From: Bacteroidales bacterium
GTDB taxonomy: Bacteria; Bacteroidota; Bacteroidia; Bacteroidales; VadinHA17
Reading direction: 5' to 3'
Assembly (NCBI GenBank): GCA_021738535.1
Contig: JAIPBU010000006.1
Coordinates: 26,068 to 90,067, forward strand
DNA: 64,000 bases
Made by a program: the position numbers and the translations under genes. A model generated the notes under the pieces. It was not told where the DNA came from, did no database searches, and saw only the letters and a program-made list of their open reading frames with translations. Shown here in pieces: positions 46,468-56,501 of the stretch; the first letter of the stretch is position 1; each line of letters opens with the position of its first letter.

Positions 46468-49400
46468 ATGCAGAAAGAAAATGAGATCCTTGTACTTGAC
46501 AGTGAAGCTATAGAATTATCCGCTTACAGTATATTCATTGTTGTTGATGATAAAATACAATATGTTAACCGGGCATTGCTGGAGTTATCAGGGTATGATA
46601 AAAATGAGCTTATAGGTGAACCATTTTTAAAATTTATTGCTCCTGAAGAGCAGGAAAATGTAAAAAAGCATTATTATAAGCGGGTAAAAGGCAAAAAGGC
46701 TCCCTGGAGTTATGAATCTGTTGCAGTGATAAAGTCAGGGGAGCAGTTCCCTGTTGAAATAAGTGTTATGCCTGTGCTGTATAAGGAAGAAAAAGGCTAC
46801 CAGGTAATAGGCCATGATATAAGTAAACGTAAGAAAGCAGAGAATGAATTAATAAGATCACGGCAGGAATGGGAAGCAATATTCCAGGCCTCAGGTCAGC
46901 CCACGATGTTGGAATCCCCTGATCACAAAATACTTTCGGTAAACAAAGCCACAAAAGATCTGACCGGTCTTGACGAAAAAGAACTAATAGGTAAGAAATG
47001 TTTTGAGATATTACATGGCACGAAAAAACCTCCTGAAGGATGCCCTGCAGAGAAACTGCTAAAATCAGGCACAACCAATACGGTTGAAATGGAGATAGAA
47101 TCTCTTGACCGTATCTTTTTGATCTCTACCACACCCAGAACCAATGCTGAAGGAAAGATTGATAAAATCATACATGTTGCTACAGATATTACTGAGCAAA
47201 AACAGGCACAGGCAGAAATCACGAAACACAGGGAATATTACCGGGCTGTTTTTGAAAATACCGGGGCTGCCTCGGTAATTATTGAAGAAGACACCTCAAT
47301 ATCTCTGGCTAACAAGAGGTTTGAAACCCTTTCAGGTTATACAAAAGCGGATATTGAGGGTAAAAAAAGATGGACCGACTTCGTTGTCAGGGAAGACCTT
47401 GAAAGGATGAAGAAACAACATGAGCTTAGAAGAAAGAATTCCGCAAAGGCAAAAACAAATTACGAATTCAGGTTTATCGACAGATATAAGGAGTTAAAAT
47501 ACATCCTCCTGTCAGTTGATATTATACCCGGAACAAAAAAAAGCATTGCATCGCTTATAGACATTACGGAGCATAAAAAAGCAGACAATGAAATCAGGCA
47601 TCTAAACTCTCTCCTGTCGGCTATAAGAAATGTAAACCAGGCCATTACAAAGGAAGATAACTTAAATGATATGATCAGTAAGGCATGTATGTCCCTGGTT
47701 ACAACACGAGGATATACAGCCTGTGGCGCTTCAGTTACAAATCGTAATAATGAAAGCATCTCTGTTTTTATCCAGGATGGGAAGGAAAATATAATTAAGG
47801 ACTGGGACATTACATCAGAAAGAATCGATAAAGCGCCTTCCTGCATCATGGAAACCGTAGAAAAACAGGAATTACTGGTAAGGCAGACCGCGAAATGTAC
47901 TAATTGCAATGCTGCTGCAGAAAAGTCAGCAATTTGTGTCAACCTCCCGTTAAAAAGCAGTATGGGTCTGATAGGTGTACTTCATATTGAAATGGAAAAC
48001 CAGGAAATAATGAATGAGGAAAAAGAACTGCTGATTGAGGTAGCTGATGACCTGGTGCTTGGCTGGGAGAAAATTACCAGCAGGGAGATTTTGCAGGAGA
48101 ATGAGGTAAATCTCAGGAATATATTCAGTGCAGCACCGGCAGGAATAGGAACCCTGGATAACAGGATTCTGCAGGAGGTAAACGAAAAAGTATCCGAAAT
48201 AACCGGATATTCCCGGGATGAGATGATCGGTAATGATATAAGGATGCTCTATGTGTCAAATAAAGAATATATTAAAGCTGGAATCCTTATTTACCGGGAT
48301 CTGGAGAAATACGGTACAGGAACCATGGAAACACAGTTCAAAACAAAGGAAGGAAAGATTATTGACGTACTAATCAATACAGCCTGTGCTGATAAAAATA
48401 AACCCATGGATAATATCACCTTTACAATTCTTGATATCAGCGATAAAAAACATGCAGAAAGAAACCTGGAAAATGCAATGCTTAAGGCACAGGAATCAGA
48501 CAGTCTGAAAACAGCATTTTTAGCCAATATGAGCCATGAGATCAGGACACCAATGAACGGTATCATGGGTTTTGCCGGCTTGCTTAAAGAACCAAAACTT
48601 ACCGGGAAAGAAAGAAATGACTTTATTGATCTCATAGAAAAAAGCGGGATAAGAATGCTTAATACTATCAATGATATCATGGATATTTCCAGGATTGAAT
48701 CAGGACTGGTGCAGGTTAATAATACTCAGACTCAAATCAACACAATACTTAAAGAAAAGTATGATTTCTTTTCCAGTGAAGCTGAAATAAAGCATTTAAA
48801 GCTAACTTATAATACAGGCCTGCATGATAGTGATGCAATTATATTAACCGATCCCATAAAACTAAACGGAATTCTGACCAACCTTATTAAAAATGCCCTT
48901 AAATATACCGACAAAGGTAGTGTTAACTTCGGATACAAGCCATTATGGAACAAAAGACACGTCCGGGATAACAGCAGTCCTGATCAGCTGGAATTTTATG
49001 TTAAAGACACAGGAATTGGGGTGCCCTTTGAAAGACAGGAAGCTATATTTAACAGGTTTGAACAGGCTGATATTGGAGATAAAAGAGCTTTTGAAGGGTC
49101 AGGCCTGGGACTCGCCATATCCAAAGCATATGTTGAAATGCTGGGCGGCACAATACAGGTTGATTCTGAGCCGGGAGCCGGTTCGGTTTTTAGTTTTACT
49201 ATACCATACAAATGTAAGTTTGAAAAACAGACTGTGACCGGAAAGAAAATCATCAGTCAGGTCCAACAGGATATGCTCAAAAAACTTAATGTAATTGTAG
49301 CTGAAGATGATCAGACCAGCAGGTTCTATTTCGAAACTATCATGTCCGGTAAGTTTAAAGATGTAAATTTCACTTCCAGTGGCGGGGATACTATTAAGGC

Positions 49401-49650
49401 ATTAAAAAATAATCCGGATACAGACCTTATATTAATGGATATAAAAATGCCCGGAATGGACGGCTATGAAGCTACACGGGAAATCAGAAAATTTAATAAT
49501 GATGTACTTATTATTGCTCAGACTGCCTATGGCTTATCCAGCGACAGGCAAAAAGCACTGGATGCAGGGTGTAATGAATACCTGACAAAGCCCGTTCGTA
49601 AAAATATCCTTTTTGAGAAACTGGTGTCCTGCCTTAAAGAGCGCAGCTGA
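46468..49650 (+). CDS. Cytoplasmic hybrid sensor histidine kinase/response regulator: PAS x3, GAF-like, PAS, HisKA, HATPase_c, REC
   Basis: H-box (FLANMSHEIRTPMNGI); N, G1 and G2 boxes (LIKNALKYT, DTGIGV, GSGLGLAI); receiver (DLILMDIKMPGMDG, TAY....D..K). Several PAS cores are spaced by TDITE[QH]K linkers. No TM segment. Confidence 0.92.
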   Translation: MQKENEILVLDSEAIELSAYSIFIVVDDKIQYVNRALLELSGYDKNELIGEPFLKFIAPEEQENVKKHYYKRVKGKKAPWSYESVAVIKSGEQFPVEISVMPVLYKEEKGYQVIGHDISKRKKAENELIRSRQEWEAIFQASGQPTMLESPDHKILSVNKATKDLTGLDEKELIGKKCFEILHGTKKPPEGCPAEKLLKSGTTNTVEMEIESLDRIFLISTTPRTNAEGKIDKIIHVATDITEQKQAQAEITKHREYYRAVFENTGAASVIIEEDTSISLANKRFETLSGYTKADIEGKKRWTDFVVREDLERMKKQHELRRKNSAKAKTNYEFRFIDRYKELKYILLSVDIIPGTKKSIASLIDITEHKKADNEIRHLNSLLSAIRNVNQAITKEDNLNDMISKACMSLVTTRGYTACGASVTNRNNESISVFIQDGKENIIKDWDITSERIDKAPSCIMETVEKQELLVRQTAKCTNCNAAAEKSAICVNLPLKSSMGLIGVLHIEMENQEIMNEEKELLIEVADDLVLGWEKITSREILQENEVNLRNIFSAAPAGIGTLDNRILQEVNEKVSEITGYSRDEMIGNDIRMLYVSNKEYIKAGILIYRDLEKYGTGTMETQFKTKEGKIIDVLINTACADKNKPMDNITFTILDISDKKHAERNLENAMLKAQESDSLKTAFLANMSHEIRTPMNGIMGFAGLLKEPKLTGKERNDFIDLIEKSGIRMLNTINDIMDISRIESGLVQVNNTQTQINTILKEKYDFFSSEAEIKHLKLTYNTGLHDSDAIILTDPIKLNGILTNLIKNALKYTDKGSVNFGYKPLWNKRHVRDNSSPDQLEFYVKDTGIGVPFERQEAIFNRFEQADIGDKRAFEGSGLGLAISKAYVEMLGGTIQVDSEPGAGSVFSFTIPYKCKFEKQTVTGKKIISQVQQDMLKKLNVIVAEDDQTSRFYFETIMSGKFKDVNFTSSGGDTIKALKNNPDTDLILMDIKMPGMDGYEATREIRKFNNDVLIIAQTAYGLSSDRQKALDAGCNEYLTKPVRKNILFEKLVSCLKERS

Positions 49651-49665
49651 CTTAGTCACTTACTC

Positions 49666-51810
49666 TCACTCACCTGCCAGGTCAAGCATAAAGGCATATT
49701 CAAGAGCCGTTGTACGAAGCCTCTCAAAACGTCCTGATGCACCACCATGACCGGCCTTCATATTGGTCTTCAGCAGGAGCATGTTATCATCAGTTTTCAT
49801 ATCCCTTAATTTGGCCACCCATTTAGCTGGCTCCCAGTACTGTACCTGCGAATCCCAGAAACCTGTAGTTACAAGTATATTAGGATAATTATGCTTCTTA
49901 ACCTGGTCATAGGGTGAGTATGAAAGCATATAATGATAATATTCCTCTTCACGCGGATCACCCCATTCATCCCATTCAAAAGTAGTCAGCGGAATACTTG
50001 GATCGAGCATAGTTGTAACAACATCAACAAAGGGAACAGCAGCCACTACGCCCTTATATAACTCAGGCTGCAGGTTAACAACAGCACCCATAAGTAATCC
50101 ACCTGCACTGCCACCCATGGCAAAAAGTTTATCAGGATTGGTATAATTTTCTTCTATAAGAAATTCAGCACAGTCGTTGAAATCAGTAAAAGTATTCATC
50201 TTGTTCAGCAGTTTACCATCTTCATACCATTGTCTCCCCATCTCGCTGCCGCCCCTGATATGGGCTATGGCATAGGTAAACCCGCGGTCGAGCAGACTTA
50301 AAACAGAGGAATTAAATGAAGGATCCCTGGAGTACCCGTATGAACCGTAAGCGTAAAGCAACATCGGGGATTTACCGTTTCTTTCAAAACCTTTACGGTA
50401 AACAAGTGAAACAGGTATTTCTGTACCATCATCAGCTGTTGCCCATAGTCTTTCTGCCTGGTAATTGTCTTTTGAGAAGTCACCCAGCACCTCGGTCTCT
50501 TTGAGCAATTCCTTCTCCCTGCTCTTCATGTTATAATCAAATACAGATCGTGGTGTGGTCAGCGAGGTGTATGTATACCTGAGGACATCTGAGGCCGGCA
50601 CTTCATTAACAGATATCCGGCTGCTGTATACTTCCTCATCAAAATCAACATAATGGTCTTCACCGGTATTAAGATTAAACACCCTGATATTATTAAGTGC
50701 ATTTATTCTTTCGCTGGCAACCAGGTAATCATTAAAAAGGGTATATCCCTGCAGCAGTACATCATCACGGTGAGGTATAAAAACTTCCCAGTTGTCCCTG
50801 TCATAATCATTTTCAGGAGTTACCATTAACTTAAAATTAACGGCATCATCAGAATTTGTCCTGATAAAAAACTTATCATTAATATGATCTATTGAATACT
50901 CATGTTTAACCTCCCTTGGGACGAATACCCTGAAATCTCCATCAGGATTGTCTGCTTCAAGTATCCTGGCTTCAGTTGTAAGTGTCTGGCTTGAAAAGAT
51001 CACGAGGTATTTTTCGCTCTTTGTTTTACCAATATTACAGGTAAACTCCTCATCTTCCTCGAAATATACCTGAACATCATCTTCACTTTCAGTACCGAGA
51101 TTATGTCTCATTATTTTTTCTGCCCTCAGAGTTTCAAAGTTCTTACCGGTATAAAAACAGGTCTTACTATCGGCTGCCCAGGTTACCCTGCCCGTTGTAT
51201 TCTCAATTACATCGGAAAGCATCTCTCCTGTATTCAGGTCCATAAAACGGATTGTATACCTTCGACGGCTAACGAAGTCAGTTCCGTAGGCCAGTATATT
51301 ATTGTCGGGACTTATGCTTAAACCGGTTACACTACAGTAATCTTTGCCTTCTGCTATCTTGTTTACATCAAGCAGTAGTTCCTCTTCAGCGGCAAGTGTA
51401 CCTTTTTTCCTGTAATATAAGGGATACTCTTTACCTTCCAGGTAACGGGAGAAATAATAATACCCGTTATCAAGGTATGGCACTGTCTCATCATTTTCTT
51501 TTATCCTGCCCTTCATCTCCTCAAATAATTCCTCCTGCAATTTTTCTGTGTGGCCCAGCATCGTAGCAGTGTAATCATTCTCAGCGTTCAGGTAATCCAA
51601 TACTTCCTGGGTTTGCTCATCAGGTGTGTCTGCATTCTTTTGTTCATCACTGAGCCTCATCCAGTAATAATTATCTACTCTTTTATGATCGTGATTGACC
51701 AGTTCCTTTGGCTTTTTTTCAGCATCAGGAGCCTCAGGTTTCTTTTTCGGTGTACAGCTCATCATTAAAGCTATTATTAACAGGGTTAGAATGTAAAATG
51801 ATCGTTTCAT
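49666..51810 (-). CDS. ptrB: Oligopeptidase B / protease II (S9A prolyl oligopeptidase family), lipoprotein
   Basis: Signal with Cys; beta-propeller N-domain; catalytic GGSAGGLLMG, a D motif and GHGG. 714 aa. Confidence 0.9.
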   Translation of the reverse strand: MKRSFYILTLLIIALMMSCTPKKKPEAPDAEKKPKELVNHDHKRVDNYYWMRLSDEQKNADTPDEQTQEVLDYLNAENDYTATMLGHTEKLQEELFEEMKGRIKENDETVPYLDNGYYYFSRYLEGKEYPLYYRKKGTLAAEEELLLDVNKIAEGKDYCSVTGLSISPDNNILAYGTDFVSRRRYTIRFMDLNTGEMLSDVIENTTGRVTWAADSKTCFYTGKNFETLRAEKIMRHNLGTESEDDVQVYFEEDEEFTCNIGKTKSEKYLVIFSSQTLTTEARILEADNPDGDFRVFVPREVKHEYSIDHINDKFFIRTNSDDAVNFKLMVTPENDYDRDNWEVFIPHRDDVLLQGYTLFNDYLVASERINALNNIRVFNLNTGEDHYVDFDEEVYSSRISVNEVPASDVLRYTYTSLTTPRSVFDYNMKSREKELLKETEVLGDFSKDNYQAERLWATADDGTEIPVSLVYRKGFERNGKSPMLLYAYGSYGYSRDPSFNSSVLSLLDRGFTYAIAHIRGGSEMGRQWYEDGKLLNKMNTFTDFNDCAEFLIEENYTNPDKLFAMGGSAGGLLMGAVVNLQPELYKGVVAAVPFVDVVTTMLDPSIPLTTFEWDEWGDPREEEYYHYMLSYSPYDQVKKHNYPNILVTTGFWDSQVQYWEPAKWVAKLRDMKTDDNMLLLKTNMKAGHGGASGRFERLRTTALEYAFMLDLAGE

Positions 51811-51924
51811 CTTTATATGATTATGTTTGGTTCAAATGAATGGACTAAGGTAATAAAAAATGACTTAAGGATTAGGCCTGAAGATAAAGCAAGGGGTGTT
51901 ATAAAACAACATTTCAGTAAACGC

Positions 51925-54051
51925 CTAAACATCCTTCAGTGATAATTGAATCCTGCTGCGGTCAATATCAACCCCAATGACTTTTACTTCTACATGTTGA
52001 TGTAGTTTAACCACATCTGCAGGGTCTTTTACAAACCTATTCGCAATGTTGGATATATGCACCAGTCCGTCCTGTTTAACTCCCACGTCAACAAATGCAC
52101 CAAAACGGGTAATATTGGTTACTATACCCGGCACAACCATTCCTTCAGTAAGGTCTTCTATTGACCTTACATCAGCAAACTGAAATTCCTCTATCTCTGA
52201 CCTGGGATCGCGGCCTGGCTTCTTAAGTTCATCCAGAATATCCGTAAGTGTAGGCAGGCCTGTATCATCGCTGATATATTTTTTAAGATCAATATTATTC
52301 AAAACAGCATCATTGGCAATTAAATCTTCTACCTCCATTCCCATATCTTCTGCCATTTGTTCAACAATATGGTAGCTTTCCGGGTGTACAGCTGATCTGT
52401 CGAGAGGATTCACGGCATTACTGATCCTCATAAACCCCGCACTTTGTTCAAAGGCCTTATCTCCCATCCTTTTTACTTCCAGCAATTGCTCCCTGGATTT
52501 GAATGCACCATTCTGATTTCTGTATTTGATAATATTATCTGCAAGCTGGGGTCCTAAGCCCGAAACATAGGTCAGAAGGTGCTTACTGGCAGTATTAACT
52601 TCAACACCCACAGCATTCACACAGCTCATTACGGTATGGTCAAGGGCAGACTGCAGGCTTGACTGATCAACATCATGCTGATACTGACCCACACCAATAG
52701 ATTTGGGATCTATCTTAACCAGCTCTGCCAGCGGATCCATCAGTCTCCTGCCTATAGAAACTGCTCCCCTGACCGTAACATCGTAATCCGGAAACTCCTC
52801 CCTTGCCACTTTTGAAGCTGAATAAACAGATGCTCCTGCCTCACTGACAACAAACACCTTTATCTCCCTGTCAAACTTGATCCATTTAATAAGGTCTTCA
52901 GTTTCCCTGCTTGCAGTACCGTTACCAATTGCTATTGCCTCAATCTTATGAGAGTTGACAAGGCTGGATATTTTTTTAACTGATAAAGCTGTCTGGTTCT
53001 GAGGGGGATGGGGGAATATTGTTTCATTATGCAAAAGGGAGCCTTGCTCATCAAGGCATACCACCTTACAACCTGTTCTGTAGCCCGGATCTAATGCAAG
53101 GACTCTCTTCCCTCCAAGTGGCGGTGCCAGCAGCAATTGTCTCAGGTTATCAGTAAAAACCTTTATAGCTTCTTCATCGGCCTTTTCTTTAGCCATGTTT
53201 CTGAATTCTGTTTCCATGGCAGGCCCCAGCAATCTCTTCCATGAATCTTTTACAGCATCAAGGATATGATCGGCCGAAGCATTATCTGCTTTAACAAAAA
53301 TATTATCAAGCAATTCAAGTGCCCTTTCCTCATCAGGCATTATACTGATCCTGAGCATACCTTCAGCTTCACCCCTTCTCATTGCAAGCAATCTGTGTGA
53401 AGGACATTTTGAAAGTACTTCATTCCATTCAAAGTAGTCCCTGTATTTAATTGCTTCTTCTTCCTTCCCTTTGACCAGTTTCGAGCTGATTATTGCGTCC
53501 TTACTGAAAAGTGTCCTGATCCTTTTACGGGCAATTTCATCCTCGTTGATCCATTCTGCAATAATATCCCTGGCTCCCTGGAGAGCATTTTCAACACTTT
53601 CTACATCATCATTAAGATATGAGGCCGCTTGACTTTCAGGATCAGGCAGCTCCTGTTTCATAACAAGTTCTGCCAATGGCTCCAATCCCTTTTCCCGCGC
53701 AACAGAAGCCTTTGTCTTTCTCTTTGGCCTGTAGGGGAGATAAATATCCTCCAGCTCGGTAAGCGTAACAGCATCATTTATACGAACCAGCAGTTCGGGG
53801 CTCATCTTATCCTGCTCTTCAATTGAACGTACAATGGCTTCTCTCCTTTTATCGATCTCTGTGAGTTTCTCATATTCATCCTTAATGTGGTTGATCTGCA
53901 CCTCATCAAGGCTACCGGTCATTTCTTTCCTGTAACGACTTATAAAGGGTATGGTTGCCCCGTCATCAATTAACCTTACAGTATTCTCTACCTGCCACTG
54001 GTGATGACCCAGTCTTTCAGCAATTAATAAAATATATTTCTTTTTATCCAT
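51925..54051 (-). CDS. tex: Transcription accessory protein Tex (YqgF/HhH/S1 domains)
   Basis: N-terminal TIPFISRYRKE; YqgF-like region LALDPGYRTGCK; HhH region; C-terminal S1 domain (GIVTNITRFGAFVDVG). 708 aa. Confidence 0.95.
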   Translation of the reverse strand: MDKKKYILLIAERLGHHQWQVENTVRLIDDGATIPFISRYRKEMTGSLDEVQINHIKDEYEKLTEIDKRREAIVRSIEEQDKMSPELLVRINDAVTLTELEDIYLPYRPKRKTKASVAREKGLEPLAELVMKQELPDPESQAASYLNDDVESVENALQGARDIIAEWINEDEIARKRIRTLFSKDAIISSKLVKGKEEEAIKYRDYFEWNEVLSKCPSHRLLAMRRGEAEGMLRISIMPDEERALELLDNIFVKADNASADHILDAVKDSWKRLLGPAMETEFRNMAKEKADEEAIKVFTDNLRQLLLAPPLGGKRVLALDPGYRTGCKVVCLDEQGSLLHNETIFPHPPQNQTALSVKKISSLVNSHKIEAIAIGNGTASRETEDLIKWIKFDREIKVFVVSEAGASVYSASKVAREEFPDYDVTVRGAVSIGRRLMDPLAELVKIDPKSIGVGQYQHDVDQSSLQSALDHTVMSCVNAVGVEVNTASKHLLTYVSGLGPQLADNIIKYRNQNGAFKSREQLLEVKRMGDKAFEQSAGFMRISNAVNPLDRSAVHPESYHIVEQMAEDMGMEVEDLIANDAVLNNIDLKKYISDDTGLPTLTDILDELKKPGRDPRSEIEEFQFADVRSIEDLTEGMVVPGIVTNITRFGAFVDVGVKQDGLVHISNIANRFVKDPADVVKLHQHVEVKVIGVDIDRSRIQLSLKDV

Positions 54052-54053
54052 AG

Positions 54054-55238
54054 TTACTCAATATATAAAATAAGTCCTTTCAGGTACTCACTTTCAGGGT
54101 GAAAAATATTAACCGGGTGATCAGCAGGCTGACTTAACTGCTTAATAATACGAACTTTCCTTCCTGTTCCGGCGGCAGCAGTAAAAACCGACTTTCGGAA
54201 ATTCTCACGACTTACAACCTGGGAACATGAAAAAGTAAATATTATGCCCCCCGGTTCAATTATTTCAATTGCCTTACGATTAAGTTTTTTATACCCCTGC
54301 AATGCATTATGCAATACATTATGATGCTTGGCAAACGCCGGAGGATCAAGGACTATCAAATCATAGTCATCACTGGTATCATCCATGAATTTAAAAGCAT
54401 CACTCACTATCCCCCGGTGTTTCTCCTGATCTTTGAAATTAAGTTTAACATTGTTCTCAGCCATCTTAACGGCACGGTCAGAAACATCAACTGTATGCAC
54501 CATCCTGGCATTACTCATTCCATAGACAGAGAATCCTCCCGTGTATGAGAACAGGTTAAGGATCCTCCTGTCTTCACTGAAGGATTCAAGAAGTTTCCTG
54601 TTTTCTCTCTGGTCAATAAAGAAACCGGTTTTTTGTCCTTCCAGCCAGTCTACATGAAAACGATAACCGTATTCTGTAACCAGGTTGTTTTCCTGTGAAC
54701 CCCTGATAAAACCATTTTTTGCTTCTGCTTTTGCTTTATATGGCAATGTGCTTTCACTTTTATCAAAAACCGCCTTGATTCTCTGATCCGGCAATGACAT
54801 CAAAATACCGGCAATCAGGTCACGTTTATAATACATACCAATGGAATGCATCTGCATAACTGCAACAGAGCCATAAACATCAACTATCAGGCCTGGCAAA
54901 TTATCACCTTCAGCATGTATGAGCCTGAAAGCATTAGTTGACTCCATGGATAATATGCCTGCACTCTTCCGGTATTCATAAGCCTCAAAAATCCTTAAGC
55001 TGTAAAAATCTGCATCTATTTCCTGATCCTCAAAAGTAAGCAGGCGCACCGCTATTGATCCCGGCTGATAATGGCCGCGTCCCAGGTAATTATCCTTGTT
55101 GTCAAAAACATCAACCACATCTCCTTCCAGGGCTTCACCATATATTTTTTTTATTGCCCCGCTGAAGATCCACGGGTGTTTTCGCAGTACCGACTGATCT
55201 TTCCCGGATTTTAAAACAATTCTTGCTCTTTTCATCAT
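54054..55238 (-). CDS. rlmI: Class I SAM-dependent rRNA (cytosine-C5) methyltransferase, RlmI-like (PUA + MTase)
   Basis: HPWIFSGAI PUA-type start, GLIVD.Y, the SAM motif LNLFSYTGGFSV, and DPPAF. 394 aa. Confidence 0.88.
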   Translation of the reverse strand: MMKRARIVLKSGKDQSVLRKHPWIFSGAIKKIYGEALEGDVVDVFDNKDNYLGRGHYQPGSIAVRLLTFEDQEIDADFYSLRIFEAYEYRKSAGILSMESTNAFRLIHAEGDNLPGLIVDVYGSVAVMQMHSIGMYYKRDLIAGILMSLPDQRIKAVFDKSESTLPYKAKAEAKNGFIRGSQENNLVTEYGYRFHVDWLEGQKTGFFIDQRENRKLLESFSEDRRILNLFSYTGGFSVYGMSNARMVHTVDVSDRAVKMAENNVKLNFKDQEKHRGIVSDAFKFMDDTSDDYDLIVLDPPAFAKHHNVLHNALQGYKKLNRKAIEIIEPGGIIFTFSCSQVVSRENFRKSVFTAAAGTGRKVRIIKQLSQPADHPVNIFHPESEYLKGLILYIE

Positions 55239-55249
55239 TGAAATAATAA

Positions 55250-55834
55250 TTAATCTTTCTTATGCTTCAAGGTCCTGTATATTTCATAACAAACCCAGGC
55301 ATCAGTTGCAGCGTAAGAAAGTTGGGCATCAGACAGTACAGGTGCCTCCCAGTTGGATACCTGTTGTCGCTTCGATATCCGGAAACCAAGGATGATTGCC
55401 GAAAGTTTTTTCAGGCCTGAACTCTCAATTCCGAATTCCTTCACATAATCCTGTAATTCGACAAAACCCTTTTCTTTAAACCGGCGCCATTTTTTCAGGC
55501 CCGTTATATCATCACTTATAGCTACACCTACCTTAATTATTGACTGATCCGCAAGTAATTCTGCAATTTCACGTGGGAGACCAATGGTATTTAACCTGAA
55601 AAGGTAAGCTGTCCTATGATCAGAAAGTTGCAGCAGGGCCACCCTGTTATTCCTGCCCTTTTTGAAGGAAGGTTTTGTTTCAGTATCAAATCCGAGTAAA
55701 GATGCTGACTTCAATCTTTCCACGCAATTTTGCAGTTTGGATAAATTATCCACCATGACAATCTCTCCACTGAATCCTGAAACCGGGTACTCATTTAATT
55801 CTGACTTATCTAAATCCTCCTTAAATGTCATCAT
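55250..55834 (-). CDS. DnaQ-superfamily 3'-5' exonuclease, WRN/RNase D-type (DNA_pol_A_exo1 domain only)
   Basis: Exo I GFDTET, Exo II (KVGVAISDDITGL) and Exo III (YAATDAWVCYEIY). I prefer the ATG at 55834 (MMTFKEDL), which overlaps the upstream gene by 14 nt. Confidence 0.85.
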   Translation of the reverse strand: MMTFKEDLDKSELNEYPVSGFSGEIVMVDNLSKLQNCVERLKSASLLGFDTETKPSFKKGRNNRVALLQLSDHRTAYLFRLNTIGLPREIAELLADQSIIKVGVAISDDITGLKKWRRFKEKGFVELQDYVKEFGIESSGLKKLSAIILGFRISKRQQVSNWEAPVLSDAQLSYAATDAWVCYEIYRTLKHKKD

Positions 55835-56432
55835 TATCCCTCCTGAAATCATCCTGGCGTCTCGATATAATCCATTCAGACTTATCCCTGTCCTGCGGAT
55901 CATTCCCTGGATCAGCACCTATATCATCAGGGTTGATCATTGCATAATGCACAGCTCTTATGGTGTCAGCCAGTGTTTGCCCCCAGTATAAGCGAAAGCT
56001 TTCCTTACACTCCCACAGGGCATCGTTCATCAGCTCATGTGTTCCGATACGGTATACCATCAGGAAATCTTTAAGATCCTGATAAATATCTGCCAGGTTC
56101 TCAGCCAGGTCACCATAAACCAGTTCTTCAGTTGAATTTTCATCATGATTTATATCAATAAAATCATTGGCAGATCCGAATTTATGTTTTAGCAAATCAT
56201 TTATTGCCTGCCAGTCTTCCTCCCTGACATATTTCTCCACATCTTCCTCAAGTCTGTTCTCAATATCCGGAAGATTCAGTGCTTTCAAATATAATAATGG
56301 CAGCAACTTCTGCAGTATTGTAAGCAAAGTTTTACCATCATTTGCAGATGCTTCTTCCAGGAATTTACAGTATTCATTGGCTACAGCCGTAAATTCAATT
56401 ACTTCTTTTGAATAAAGTACATTATCATCCAT
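55821..56432 (-). CDS. DUF5063-family protein (function unknown)
   Basis: Helical, acidic protein. EFTAVANEYCKFLE, LLPLLYLKAL, LADIYQDLKDF and ALWECKESFRLYWGQ match my memory of the Bacteroidota DUF5063 pattern. I prefer the ATG at 56432. Confidence 0.7.
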   Translation of the reverse strand: MDDNVLYSKEVIEFTAVANEYCKFLEEASANDGKTLLTILQKLLPLLYLKALNLPDIENRLEEDVEKYVREEDWQAINDLLKHKFGSANDFIDINHDENSTEELVYGDLAENLADIYQDLKDFLMVYRIGTHELMNDALWECKESFRLYWGQTLADTIRAVHYAMINPDDIGADPGNDPQDRDKSEWIISRRQDDFRRDNDDI

Positions 56433-56501
56433 AAAAGTATTTTCTGCAAAAGTATTTAAATATCTTGTATAAACGAAGCAGAGAACCAAAAGCAGCTATA
56501 T

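Noticed and set aside
47460-47942. 160-aa ORF antisense to the hybrid histidine kinase; also 48291-48680 and 46923-47222
   Set aside because: These lie inside the well-supported kinase frame. No recognisable motifs, and a hydrophobic or low-complexity mirror-frame composition.
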